Below, one piece after another: positions 16,173 through 29,331 of a stretch of 64,000 nucleotides of DNA. The notes beneath the pieces were generated by a model. It was not told the DNA's origin and searched no databases. It saw only the letters and a program-made list of their open reading frames with translations. This DNA is from the human T2T-CHM13v2.0 reference genome, Homo sapiens, in the NCBI RefSeq assembly GCF_009914755.1, contig NC_060937.1; one strand, 5' to 3'. The position numbers were made by a program, and so were the translations under genes. How positions within the stretch are numbered: the first letter of the stretch is position 1; each line of letters starts with the position of its first letter.

Positions 16173-16760
16173 TACAGCAGTGTGTCAGTGTGCTGTGTGA
16201 AGTGTTTTCGTGTATATGACTATTTGCATGTTATAGCAGCGTGTCAGTGTGTTGTGAAGGGTTTTCATGTCTGTGACTATCTACATGTTACAGCAGCGTG
16301 TCAGTGTGCTGTCTGAAGTGTTTTCATGTGTATATGACTATTTGCGTGTTATAGCAGTGTGTCAGTGTGCTGTGTGAAGGACTTTGGTGTATGTGACTAT
16401 TTGCATGTTACAGCAGTGTGTCAGTGTGCTGTGTGAAGTGTTTTCATGTGTGTGACTATTTCCGTGTTATAGCAGTGTGTCCGTATGCTGTGTGAAGTGT
16501 TTTCGTGTATATGACTATTTGCGTGTTACAGCAGTGTCAGTGTGCTGTGTGAAGTGTTTTCATGTGTATGACTATTTGCATGTTATAGCCGTGTGTCGGT
16601 GTGCTGTGTGAAGTGTTTTCATGTGTATGACTATTTGCATGTTATAGCAGTGTGTCAGTGTGCTGTGTGACGTTTTCATGTGTATATGACTATTTGCATG
16701 TTATAGCAGTGTGTCAGTGTGCTGAGGGAGGTGTTTTAGTGTATATGACTATTTGCATGT
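16173..16760. repeat. ~58-bp minisatellite, right arm (~10 units)
   Basis: Same unit as the left arm; resumes in register after the NUMT and runs into an L2-like 3' tail (16760-16890). Confidence 0.95.
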
Positions 16761-17338
16761 CTTCTGCACACTAGATGGAGTGCAGAGTGTGTTGCCTGTT
16801 TTTCTCCACCGCTCCATCCTCAGTGCCTGCTACAGTGTTGGACACACAGTAGGGGTTCAGTAAATGCTAATGAACAGTTGATTAAATGAGCAAAAACCTT
16901 TATTGAATACCTACCATGTTCCAGACATGGCTAACTGATGAGAATTTACCAATTACATGCTTGCTGCCTTCAGGGAGCTCAACCTCACAAGACAGACCGT
17001 CATGTAGAGACAACTGCTACACAACATGGGAAGAACTGCTAGAGATGTAAAGATGTAAAGACCCAAAATGAAGAAGCCAGAACACATGAACACAAAACCA
17101 GCCAACCAACAAACACAAGCAGCATGGAGCATAGAGTCTGGGGACCAACTGCATGGTGCTGAGGAATGCAGGTGGAGGCAGAGTGGAAATCACCTGAGTT
17201 TCCATCAGGCAGAGTTGCACTTGAATTTGAGTTCTGGCACTTGCTGAGCCTCTCTGATTCTGTCTTCTGTAAAATAGGAGTAATAATATTTATTTATATC
17301 TACCGTACAGGCAATTGTGAGATTTACTTAAGACATAC

Positions 17339-17733
17339 TGTCTTAGTCCATTTTTCTGTTGCTTATAACAGAATACCTGAAACTAGGTGACTTATTTTTA
17401 AAAAGCTTATTTCTTAGAGTTACGAAGGCTGAGAAGTCCAAGGATGGGGGTCTGCAGCTGGTGAGGGCCTTCTTCCTGACGGGAAATCAGAAGAGCCCTA
17501 AGGTGGTTCAGAGCACCACATGGCAAGGGGCCGAGGATGCTAGCGTGTTAGCTCAGATCTCTCTTCTTCTTATAAGGCCACTAGTTCCTCTCCCATGATA
17601 ACCCGTTTAGCCATTAACCCATTAGTTCTTTAATCCATGAGTAGATTGATTCATAAGGGGATAACCCCTGTGATCCAATCACCACTTAAAGGACGCCCCT
17701 CTCAATACTCCCATATCGGGGATTGTTGCAACA
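17339..17733 (-). mobile_element. MaLR LTR (MST-like)
   Basis: tgtcttagtccattt...ttataacagaatacctgaaactaggt...gaagtccaag motifs. Confidence 0.7.
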
Positions 17734-17887
17734 CAAATTAAGATGGCCTATTAGATATCCTTAATCTTACATCTTAAGGTGTTCTGTGATGTTGCAGTTC
17801 AACCCCCTCTCATTCCTCTCTACTCTTTTAGCAGTTACAAACAAACTCACCAAAGAAAACACCAGACAAACATACATCCAATAGTAT

Positions 17888-18911
17888 TGTGTCCGGAATT
17901 GGTGGGTTCTTGGTCTCACTGACTTCAAGAATGAAGCCACGGACCCTTGCGGTGAGTGTTACAGTTCCTAAAGATGGTGTGTCCAGAGTTTGTTCCTTCA
18001 GATGTTCAGATGGGTCCAGAGTTTCTTCCTTCTGGTGGGTTTGTGGTCTCACTGGCTTCAGGAGTGAAGCTGCAGACCTTCACAGTGTTACAGCTCATAA
18101 AGGTAGCGTGGACCCAAAGAGTGGGCAGCAGCCGCCAAAGACGGTGCAGACCCAAAGACTGAGCAGCAGCAAGATTTATTGCAAAAGGCAAAAGAACGGA
18201 GCTTCCACAGTCTGGAAGGCCCTAGCCGGTCGCCACTGCTAGCTCAGGCAGCCTGCTTTTATTCCCTTATCTGGCCCAACCCACATCCTACTCATTGGCT
18301 CATTTTAGAGAGAGCTGATTGGTCCATTTTACAGAAACCTGATTGGGCTGTTTTACAGAGAGCTGATTGGTCCATTTTGACAGAGCACTGATTGGTGCAT
18401 TTACAAACCTTTCGCTAGACACAGAGCGCTGATTGGTGCATTTACAATCCTTTAGCTAGACAGGAAAGTTCTCCAAGTCCCCACCAGATTAGCTAGACAC
18501 AGAGCGCTGATCGATGCGGTTACAAACCTCTAGCTAAACAGAAAAGTTCTCCAAGTCCCCACCCGACACAGAAACCCAGCCGGCTTCAGCTCTCAATGGC
18601 ACTTGCCCTGAGACTTTGCGGCACCTAGCCTGGGTGCTCCGGCAGCCTAGTAGGCACCGGCCGGCCACACCGAGTGTGGGCCCCTGAGCCTGCACCCACC
18701 CGGAACCAGCACTGGCCCGCGAGCATGCACAGCCCCGCTCCCGCCTGCACCTCTCCCTGCACACCTGGTGGGGAGCAGAGGGAGCCGCCGGGCCTCCGCC
18801 AGCCCCAGAGAAGGGCCCCCACAGCACAGCGGCGGGCTGAAGGGCTCCTGGAGCACTGCCAGAGCGGTTGCTGAGAGCCAGTGAGGGCTGCTAGCACGTT
18901 GTCACCTCTCA
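17888..18911 (-). mobile_element. LTR12 solo LTR
   Basis: Termini tgtgtccggaattggtggg...gtcacctctca; 4-bp TSD GTAT (17884-17887 and 18912-18915); CCAAT-box repeats at 18290-18440. Confidence 0.92.
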
Positions 18912-19029
18912 GTATTAACAATACAAATACTTTTTTGTCTTATTTGTCCTTTGACTTATTTATAACCAACCGAATGTAGAGAAAGTGATGCTGATGTTGA
19001 GTGACTCTGGAGGCTAGACCAGAAAATGT

Positions 19030-19589
19030 TGAAGAGTATCAGAATATACAACCCTAATATATGTTACTTTTGCATAAATTTTATTTTTAAAATTTTTAAT
19101 TTTTATTTTAAGCTGAAGGCAATTGAGAAAAAGAAGATGCGAGAAGAGCTGTTTACCCTTCCTTTATCTGCTTAAAAGCAAGGAATAAATTTCCATTGTA
19201 AAGGTGTCCCCTTGTTCTCATACCAAGAAGAGGAGACAGCATCAAGATTACTCTACATAAAGAAACCCAACTAAATAACCCTTATCTATAATAGTTTCTC
19301 CCATATATTTACCTTCCTACAATTTAATGCCCCTAGAAGCCCAAGCCCCTTTTCTTTGGTTGCTTCCCCACAATTTATCGTACTTTGTTAAAATGGTAGG
19401 TAAGCTCCTAAGTGTAACCACTTCTTTGGATTTTTTTAGTTCTTTCTCTGCAGTTCCCATGCATATAAAAATATTAACAACAAATAAAATTTGTATGCTC
19501 TTCATTCGTTGGTCCATCTTTTGTCAGTTTAATTCACAAATTAAGCTGCAGAACCTAAGAGGATGGAGGAAAAGTTTTCCTTTCTTACA
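19030..19589 (+). mobile_element. ERV1 LTR, MER34-like, inserted in an older MLT1
   Basis: cagaatatacaaccctaatatat...gctgaaggcaattgagaa...ggaaaagttttcctttcttaca; MLT1-like sequence on both sides (to ~19980). Confidence 0.6.
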
Positions 19590-20456
19590 AGATCATGCAG
19601 CATCTGCTTCACTTACTGAGGAGCCCCGAGCCACCATGTATAAAATCTGAATACCCGAAGACCCCCGTACTGTGAGGAAGCCCAACCACATGGAGAGGCC
19701 ACATGAAGGTTCTCAAATCAGAACCCCAGCTGAGGTCCCAGCCTACAACCAGTATCAACCACCAGACATGTGAGTAATGATGTTTCCAGTTGATTCCAAC
19801 CAACAGCCTTTGGGTCACCTCCAGCCTTTGGATCTTTGCATCTGAAATGCCACGCATGACAGAGCAGATACAAGCATTTCTGCTGTGTCCTGTCCAAGTC
19901 TCTGACTGATAGAATCTGGGCTTGTTCTAGGCACCTGAGTCTTGAGGTTGTTTGTTACACAGCCTTAGTAACTTGAACAACGGTTATGCAACACTTGAGC
20001 TAGACCTTGAAAGATGAATGGGGATTTTTGTCTAGCAAAACTGTTTGGAAAAGGCTTAATATTTTAGGAGAAAAGTTAAAAGGTAAGTGTGGTTAACACA
20101 TGGGTTGTGGGAGAGAATCAGGAGATGAGATGAAAAAAGTTGATGTAAGAAAGTGTGCTGTATGGTTTGGTGAAAATTATAATATATTTGTTCATCAGCA
20201 TAGGCAATTTTCTTCCAGACCACTGGCTTTGAAATGATGTATTTTTAAAATTGCAAAGTTTATACCATAGAATTTCTGGAGCCTTCTGAAATTTCAATTG
20301 GAGATAAAACAGGACTTCAAAATGTAACTTCTCTTAAATTATGAGCTATGGTTTAACTGATGAGTAATTTTTAGTTTTATTGTTGGTTAAAAACACACTG
20401 TCATTCCCATGAGTGCTCGCATGCAGTTTTAGCATGTGTGTGTATGTCTCTTTTAT

Positions 20457-20501
20457 TTTTTGTTTTGTTTTGTTTTGTTTTGTTTTGTTTTGTTTTGTTT
20501 G
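20457..20501. repeat. (TTTTG)n microsatellite
   Basis: About 8 direct copies. Confidence 0.95.
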
Positions 20502-22429
20502 CGGTGAGCAGGTTGGTATCAGAGTTATGAATGAGAAGCATTCTTATCAGAATATACTGGATACTAATACATTTTGCATGTAATTTTCTACAGAGGTAAT
20601 GATTTTAATCAACTTTCAAGATGAAGCACCACATTTGTCAAGGCAGAAGACCCAAATGTGCAATTTTTTCTTAGGGGAAAACTGGCTATAATGAATGTGC
20701 TAAAATATGTTAGTTATCTACTAACCTCAATACGCAAGAAAGCACTAGATCATCAGTTTGCCTGGTAAGGGAAAAAACAGCGGCTGCAGCCTGCCCAGCT
20801 AAAGAAGAAAGTGGAATCAGCAGAACAAGTGGCCTGTGAAGATGCCAGCTTGTGAGAAATGCCTGGCTGACTGTGAACAGGGATATTATTAAATGGATGC
20901 ATATGATACATAGCGTAATTATACCACTTATGGCAGAAAAACATCACCATTTTATCAAATGCTCCACTGTGTACATCAAAGATCATGGTATCATCTATCT
21001 CTGGGATGCTATGTGAGCTTTGTGGTTCTGGAAGAGCTTCTAGTCAAGTTTTGATTAATTATTGATGGTTTTATTTGATTATAGAAGTAGAGCTTGAATG
21101 TGTGTGTGCGTTTTCCATTTTTCTTGTAAGAACTGACAATATTGATTAAATTTCCCTTTTAGGAGTGGGAAGCAAGAAACAAAGTAATTGTCACCACTTC
21201 TTGGAGAAGAATGGCTTATAGTGCTTTGAACATATCGTCTCAAAATAACCTCTTTGGAAGATTAGTGGAAAGAAGCAAAACTGTGAAGACCTTGGTTCAC
21301 AGTAGCTGTTGATGTTTCTTTTTTTCATTTTGGTATTGATTATAATCGCTTCTTCATAAAGCTCAGATGCAGGGTTTATTTCCAGTTCTTTCACCGTGCT
21401 TCTTACCTCAGAGTCAAACCATTGCTATACTCTCCACATAGTTGGTTTCCAGTGTTTAAATTGCATGCGTGAGGGGCTCAGATTTGTGACATTGCTTTAC
21501 ATATATTACTGTAAAAAAAAAAAACATAACCCCAAATCTAGAGTATATAAGGCTTTGTGCTAAGCAAGCATGGAAAAGAGTTACTTATGGCTTATATCCA
21601 TGTGTGGACTATGATTGATAGAATTTCCCTTGCAATTGCCAAAGAGAAGTCTACATGGTCTTTGAAGAAACAAATTACCTATGACCCCATGTATTTGCAT
21701 TTGTGCTCTTCCTAACTATACAGTACAGTCTGAATTTAGCCCCCCAACATAGGGGGATGTTTTAGTGGACAAGCACTTAATTCATTTTAAGGTTTTGAGG
21801 ATTTATCTTATAAGCACTTACTAAGCACTGGTTATGTCTCAAGGCCAGGGCTGCACCCTGGAGACTCAGGGAAGCACAATACTTGATTTCATGGATCTCA
21901 TAATCTAGTGCTATGGAAACATTAAAATATTAAAACCACAGTGGAGAAGAGCAGTGGATAGGTCTTAGGGAAGAAGGCTTGTATGAAAGGTGATGCCTGA
22001 AATCATACTTAGTCATCTTTATATATGATAATTTTTATGGAAGAATGAAATCTTCAGGATTCAATGATATTTTCATTTTAGCAAACTGGCCATCTCTTTT
22101 CTTTGAGCTTATAAACATGGTTGAATGTGTAAAGTAGCGAGACAAGAAAAAAATACCTTTGAGTGACCTTGCTTTATTATGTGAAAAATGACAAACTGGT
22201 AGGCAGGAAAGATACATGGCTTACCATGTATCTTTCAATTTTTAGGATGTACTAAAAATTTCAATGCAGTTACCACATAGAAGCAAGAGCTAGAGAAGTT
22301 CTGAGAGAATTTTTAATCTTTAGGTCAGACAGCAAGGATGTGAGGCGGTAAAGTTAAATTACACTGAGTTACACTGATATTCACTAGTCTGATAGATACA
22401 GAGAGACACAATTACCTTCACTCACACAG

Positions 22430-22905
22430 AGTTTCCTAGGTCTGCAGGAACAAAGCGCCATAAGCTCGGTGGCTCAAAACATTCGGAAATGGTTCTCTCA
22501 CAGACTCACGGCCACGGAAGCTCCAAGTCTGAACTCAAGGTGTTGGCAGGGCTGTGTTCCCTCTGGAGGCCCTACGGGAGGGCCCTTCCTCGTCTCCAGC
22601 TTCTGGTGGCTTCAAGTGTCCCGTAGTTTGTGACAGCCACACTCCAATCTCTGCCTCTGTCTTCACATGGCCTTCTCTGTGCATCTGTGTGTGTCAAATC
22701 TTTGTCTGTCTTTGTCTTATAAGGACACTTATTGGATTTAGGGACCACATGGATAATCCAAGATAACCTCATTTCAAAACCCTTAATTTTATAATATTGG
22801 CAAGACTTTTTTTGTTTGTTTGTTTGTTTGTTTTGCAAATAAGGCCAGAGTCACAGGTTCCAGATGGACATATCATTTGAGGGGAGACAATTCAACTCAC
22901 TATAT
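22430..22905 (-). mobile_element. MLT1B/C-like MaLR LTR
   Basis: gtttcctagg...caaggtgttggcagggctgtgttccctctggaggc...ggataatccaagataacctc...caattcaactcactata. Confidence 0.7.
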
Positions 22906-22945
22906 ACACAAACACATGTGTGTATCTATATAGCTGTATAATTGA

Positions 22946-23260
<315 letters not shown>

Positions 23261-23535
23261 TATAAAACACTGCCCTTTCTATAGAAAAACTGGTCAAGTA
23301 CTGGACAGTTTACTACAAAAGAAACAATAAATAGATAAAAAATGAAACCTAGGTTCAAAAGCATGAATAATGAATCTTGATTTTAATGATGGTTTCATCA
23401 GTGTATGCATATGTCCAAACATCAAATTGTACATTAAATATGTGCAGTTTTTTATATTGATTTTACCTCAACAAAGCTGTTATAAATACAAATAATAAAA
23501 AGTGCAAATAAATTGACAAGATACAAATATATTTA

Positions 23536-23995
<460 letters not shown>

Positions 23996-24139
23996 CTAGG
24001 AGTCTAGATAATTCGATATACAGGTAAAGTCATAGCATTTATTTAATCATGTTAATTAGTTATGTTATGTAACATATAATAAGATAATATTGTATGTTAA
24101 TATATAATATAAATATATTATGCTAATACATTAATATAT

Positions 24140-24505
24140 ACACACTTAGTCCTTCTATCTGTTACTAAAGAGAGCTCACGTGACATCAGCAAGGAAACAC
24201 AGTCCTTCTATCTGTTACTAAAGCGAGCTCACGTGACATCAACAAGGAAACACAGTTAGTCCTTCTATCTGTTACTAAAGCAAGCTCACCTGACATCAAC
24301 AAGAAAATACACACTTAGTCCTTTGTATCTGTTACTCAAGCGAGCTCATGACATCAACAAGGAAACATACACTTACTCCTTCTGTTACTAAAGGGAGCTC
24401 ATGTGACATCAACAAGGAAACACACAGTTAGTCCTTCTATCTGTTGCTAAAGGGAGCTCATGTGACATCAACAAGGAAACGCACTGTTAGTCCTTTGTAT
24501 CTGTG
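24140..24505. repeat. ~60-bp minisatellite (~6 units) abutting a MER2 terminus
   Basis: Unit approx acacttagtccttctatctgttactaaagcgagctcacgtgacatcaacaaggaaac. Confidence 0.9.
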
Positions 24506-24820
24506 AGTTGTGCATCTGCCGATTCAAGCAGCCAGGAGTCAAAAATATTTGCAAAAAAAGCCCTTTAAACTGTATTGAACATGTACAAAGTTTTTCTTTT
24601 TATTATTCTCTAAATGACACAGTGTAACAACGATTTGCATAGCATTTACATTGTAGTAGGTGTTACCAGTAATCTAGAGATGATTTAAAGTATAGGGAGA
24701 ATGTGCATAGGCTACGCTGAATACTACACCATTGCATATCAGGGACTTGAGCGTCTAGGGATTCTGGTATCTGGGGGAGGTCCTGGAACCAATTTCTCAT
24801 GAATACCGACAGATGACTGT
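24484..24820 (-). mobile_element. MER2 (Tigger-family) DNA transposon fossil
   Basis: gtaatctagagatgatttaaagtat...ggtcctggaaccaat...gaataccgacagatgactgta. Confidence 0.75.
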
Positions 24821-27800
24821 ATGTTGTATCTTGATGCAATGAATAAACAAAGCAGATAACAGTAACTGACATGGGGTAGAAGGTGAGGGGAAATGAAGGG
24901 GTTGCTATTTACATGTTTATATGAGATGAACAGGGCAGACCCCACAGAGGGGATATTTAACAGAAACTGAACGTAGGAGAAGCAGTCCTGAGAACTGTAG
25001 ACCAAGAGAGCTCGTGGTGGCCCTGGGAAGGGGCTTGTCAGATCTCGTGGCCCCTGGGGGCTGGTGACTGTTAGCGGCTGGCCAACAGCCAGCTGCCGCC
25101 CTGAAATCTGCCACTGTCAGCCGGTAACCCAGCATGGCGGAGTATAAAGGCAGGCCTGCTGCAAGGAGATGAAGGACCCCTCTGCTGGTCAGCCTGGGCT
25201 GGAGGGTTCTACTACCAGCCTTGCCAAAAGTTTGTCAGAATTGCACTGCATTTTAAGACTTTGCCTGCCCAGACCCCTGCAGCCCCTTCTCATTTTCCTC
25301 CACATGCACTTCTCCCAAATAATCTCTTGAGTGGCAAATACTATTCTGGTGTTTGCTGCTCCAAGAACCCAGATGTACACAGTGTTCCAGCAGAGGCTGC
25401 ACAAATACAGTGGCCCCGAGGAGCTTGGCATTTTTGAGGAGCATCAAGGAGGCCAGTGTGGCATTCATGGAAAGGACAGAGGGAGAGTGGGAGATGAGGT
25501 CAGAAATGTACTTGAAGTCCTTGCCGAAGAAAAATAGTTGACTTGCTTATTATAAAACCCTTTTAGTTAAGGAAGAAATAAAAACTGTTAACCAATGGCA
25601 TCTGTATCCATTACAGAATTTAAAAGAAGGGCATCATACAGCCAGTACCTTACAATCTTCCCATTAGCAGCATTCAACACATCTGTCTAGGTAGTAAACC
25701 TAAGTGGCCCAGCTCTGGGCCATTAAATTTTGATGTAACCCATTAAGGAAACTTACGGCCTTAGTTCAAAGGGCTGTTGCCATTGTGTCTGTGAGAGCGG
25801 TGCTGCAGAGTGCATTTTATGCAAATCTCATAGATTTTAATGAGTGCTCCTGCTTAATAAGCTAGTTAGACCATTTGGGCATTTACTTGAGAGTGACCAC
25901 AAATGCCTTTTTCTGAAACCATTTCACAGTGCTAACATTTAACTGAAATAGCACTTAACACAGAGCCAGGCACACAGCGAGCACTAAGAGTGTTACGTTA
26001 CTGATGACAGGGATGAAGAACAGGAGTCTTACCAGACTCCTGTGTGTCTGTCTCGATGCTCCTGAATGACCCAGACAAAAAGGGACTAGAAACTTTCTTT
26101 TCAGGAGTTTGTGGCTTAGATCCTTGTTTCACCACAAAGCATGAGCTTGACACAGCCTGGACTTGACAGCACTTTCCACAGGGCACTTAAAAATACTTTT
26201 ACCTCCTCTCTTTTACCTCCATAAACCATGACAGGTCTTTGCTCAGCCTCTGATAAGCAAAAGATTAGAAAATCCCTTTAAACTTCAGAAACAGAGCAAT
26301 GCTCAGTCAGGCAATAAAAGCTGCAGAAATTGGTCTTGAATATTATCACTGTGTATCAATTGAAGTCAGATGAAGAGCTCCACATTCATCCAAAGTTCTT
26401 TTCATACTAATTAGATGCTCTTCAAAGGTGTAATTACCATTTAAAAATGACTTTGGAGTGCAGGATACACAATAGATTTTTAATGTCTTTTAATTTCTTT
26501 CGATGTTTCTCATATTTCATTAGTACGTTCTTATTTTACCAAAGAGTCACAGGACTTTCAAGGACTTTCCCTCTCCCACAGTTAAAATGCTAAACAGAAG
26601 CTAAGCTCATGTGAAAAACTTGTCTCAATAACCAGAGAAAGACTATACTAATTACAATTTGGATTGCGTGGATTATCAATTTGTCCGATACTCCGTTTGC
26701 CTCCACCTTGAGGAGAGAACTATTTCCAGCCCCAGAGTCAAGCTGCCTCATTGCACGGAAGAGGGAGTAAAATAAGAAGCCTGGTGAAGTGCTTATTGTC
26801 ACAATTTGTGGTACAGCTGACACTTAGACTACATCTGCCCTTGAAGCTCAGCCTCTTTGCCCTACTCCTGTGGTGTTTCTTGGCATCTGGTATCATTTCA
26901 AAAGGGTAAGAATGGCATAGAGAAGGTTTCTCATTGCTAAGCATGGAGTAGGAATATTTTAGTGAAATGTGTAAGTTTTGGGGCAGAAGTAAAAACACCC
27001 CATCTGCTCTTCCACACTTCGAGAGAGCGGCACACAAAGCAGCAACTTGGCTCTGGACGGCAGCTGGCTGAGGTCTCATGGTCTGGAGGACAGCCCCTGG
27101 CTTTCACATCGTCCATGTCTTGCCATTTCTCTTTGGATATGGCACAAATGTCTGAAGATATCCTCCAGGCCCGAGGACCTGCTCCTATTCTATCCAGTCT
27201 CGTCTTTCATGAGCCACTGTGCTTCAGCCACTGCTTTTCCTTCCACCCCTTTGTCTTTCCTTTTTCCCAGGTATAAGGCCTTTGCACTTTCTAAACCCTC
27301 TAACCTGGAACACTGTTTCTTCTATTTATCTCAATAACTCCAACCCCTTCTTTGTACCATATTTCAAGCACTGCTCCCCAGGAAAGCTCTCCCTGCCCTC
27401 TGCCCAGCCCGGGGCCTGTGATTATGGGTCTTTGCAGCACCAAGGGCCTCCCCTTCACTGTACACATGGGTTGCATGTTTCTACTTGTGCATGCAAATAT
27501 TTGATTCAGGTCTACATCCTCCAGCCCCCTTACAGAATATACTGCTAAGGTCAGGTATGGGGTCTGGTTTTGCCCACCCCTGTGTCTCCATAACATAGCA
27601 CAGTGCCTGACACAGAGAAAGGAGAAGGTGCTCCATGAACATTTCCTGACCCAATCCCTGACCAAATTCTCTAGAAGGGTTGCTGTGCTCTCATTGCACA
27701 GACATGCTGCAGGAGCACTCTGCTGTTCTCCAGAATTCTGGCTCTCCATCTCAAAATGATTCTGTGAGTGGCTGCATAATGCATCCTGACCAAAGAGTCA

Positions 27801-28490
27801 GGAGCCCTGCAATCCTTCAACACTTCTGCAATTAATGAGCTTTCAGACACAGGGCAAACCATTTAACGTCTGTCTCTATGTCTTCTTATATGTAAAATTA
27901 GATTTTTAATATCAGCTTTATTTACCTTACCGAGTTATTCTTCTATAACAAGAACATTAAGAGCCTGGCTTGTATTCGTTTGAGCGAGAGATTGTTGGTG
28001 TGAAAAGCATTGGTTATAGGCAGTTTCTTACTTCTACACACAGTGGATTCCTACACATGTGTTTCAAAGTTGAATAACAAAGAATAATGAGGGAGACATT
28101 TCCAGAGAACTAAAAATACATTCTAAAATTCCTAGTAGTGGTTAATTATGTGCTGCCTCCCTCAGACCCATGAGGCAGGTGAGGCCTTCAAATGCACGTA
28201 GCACAGGGGGCCACCAGCCATCCTGGGGATGGGAAAGGTGACCCGAGCACCTCCTCTTCCCGGCCTGACCACTCCTCTGCCCACTGCTGCAGCGGCCACA
28301 GCATTTCCACGTCTTTAGGAAGATTTGGGTGGCTGGAAACCGACATCCAGATATCGGGAAAAGCAGCTCTATCTTCTTGCCATCTGTGGTAAATTGTAAA
28401 TGTGACCCCAAATGTTTACTGTTTCCTTTTTCTCCAGCCTTTGCCATGTAATTTTATAGAGGTCACCAAGTTTGACTTTGGGCTTAGCCC

Positions 28491-29331
<841 letters not shown>

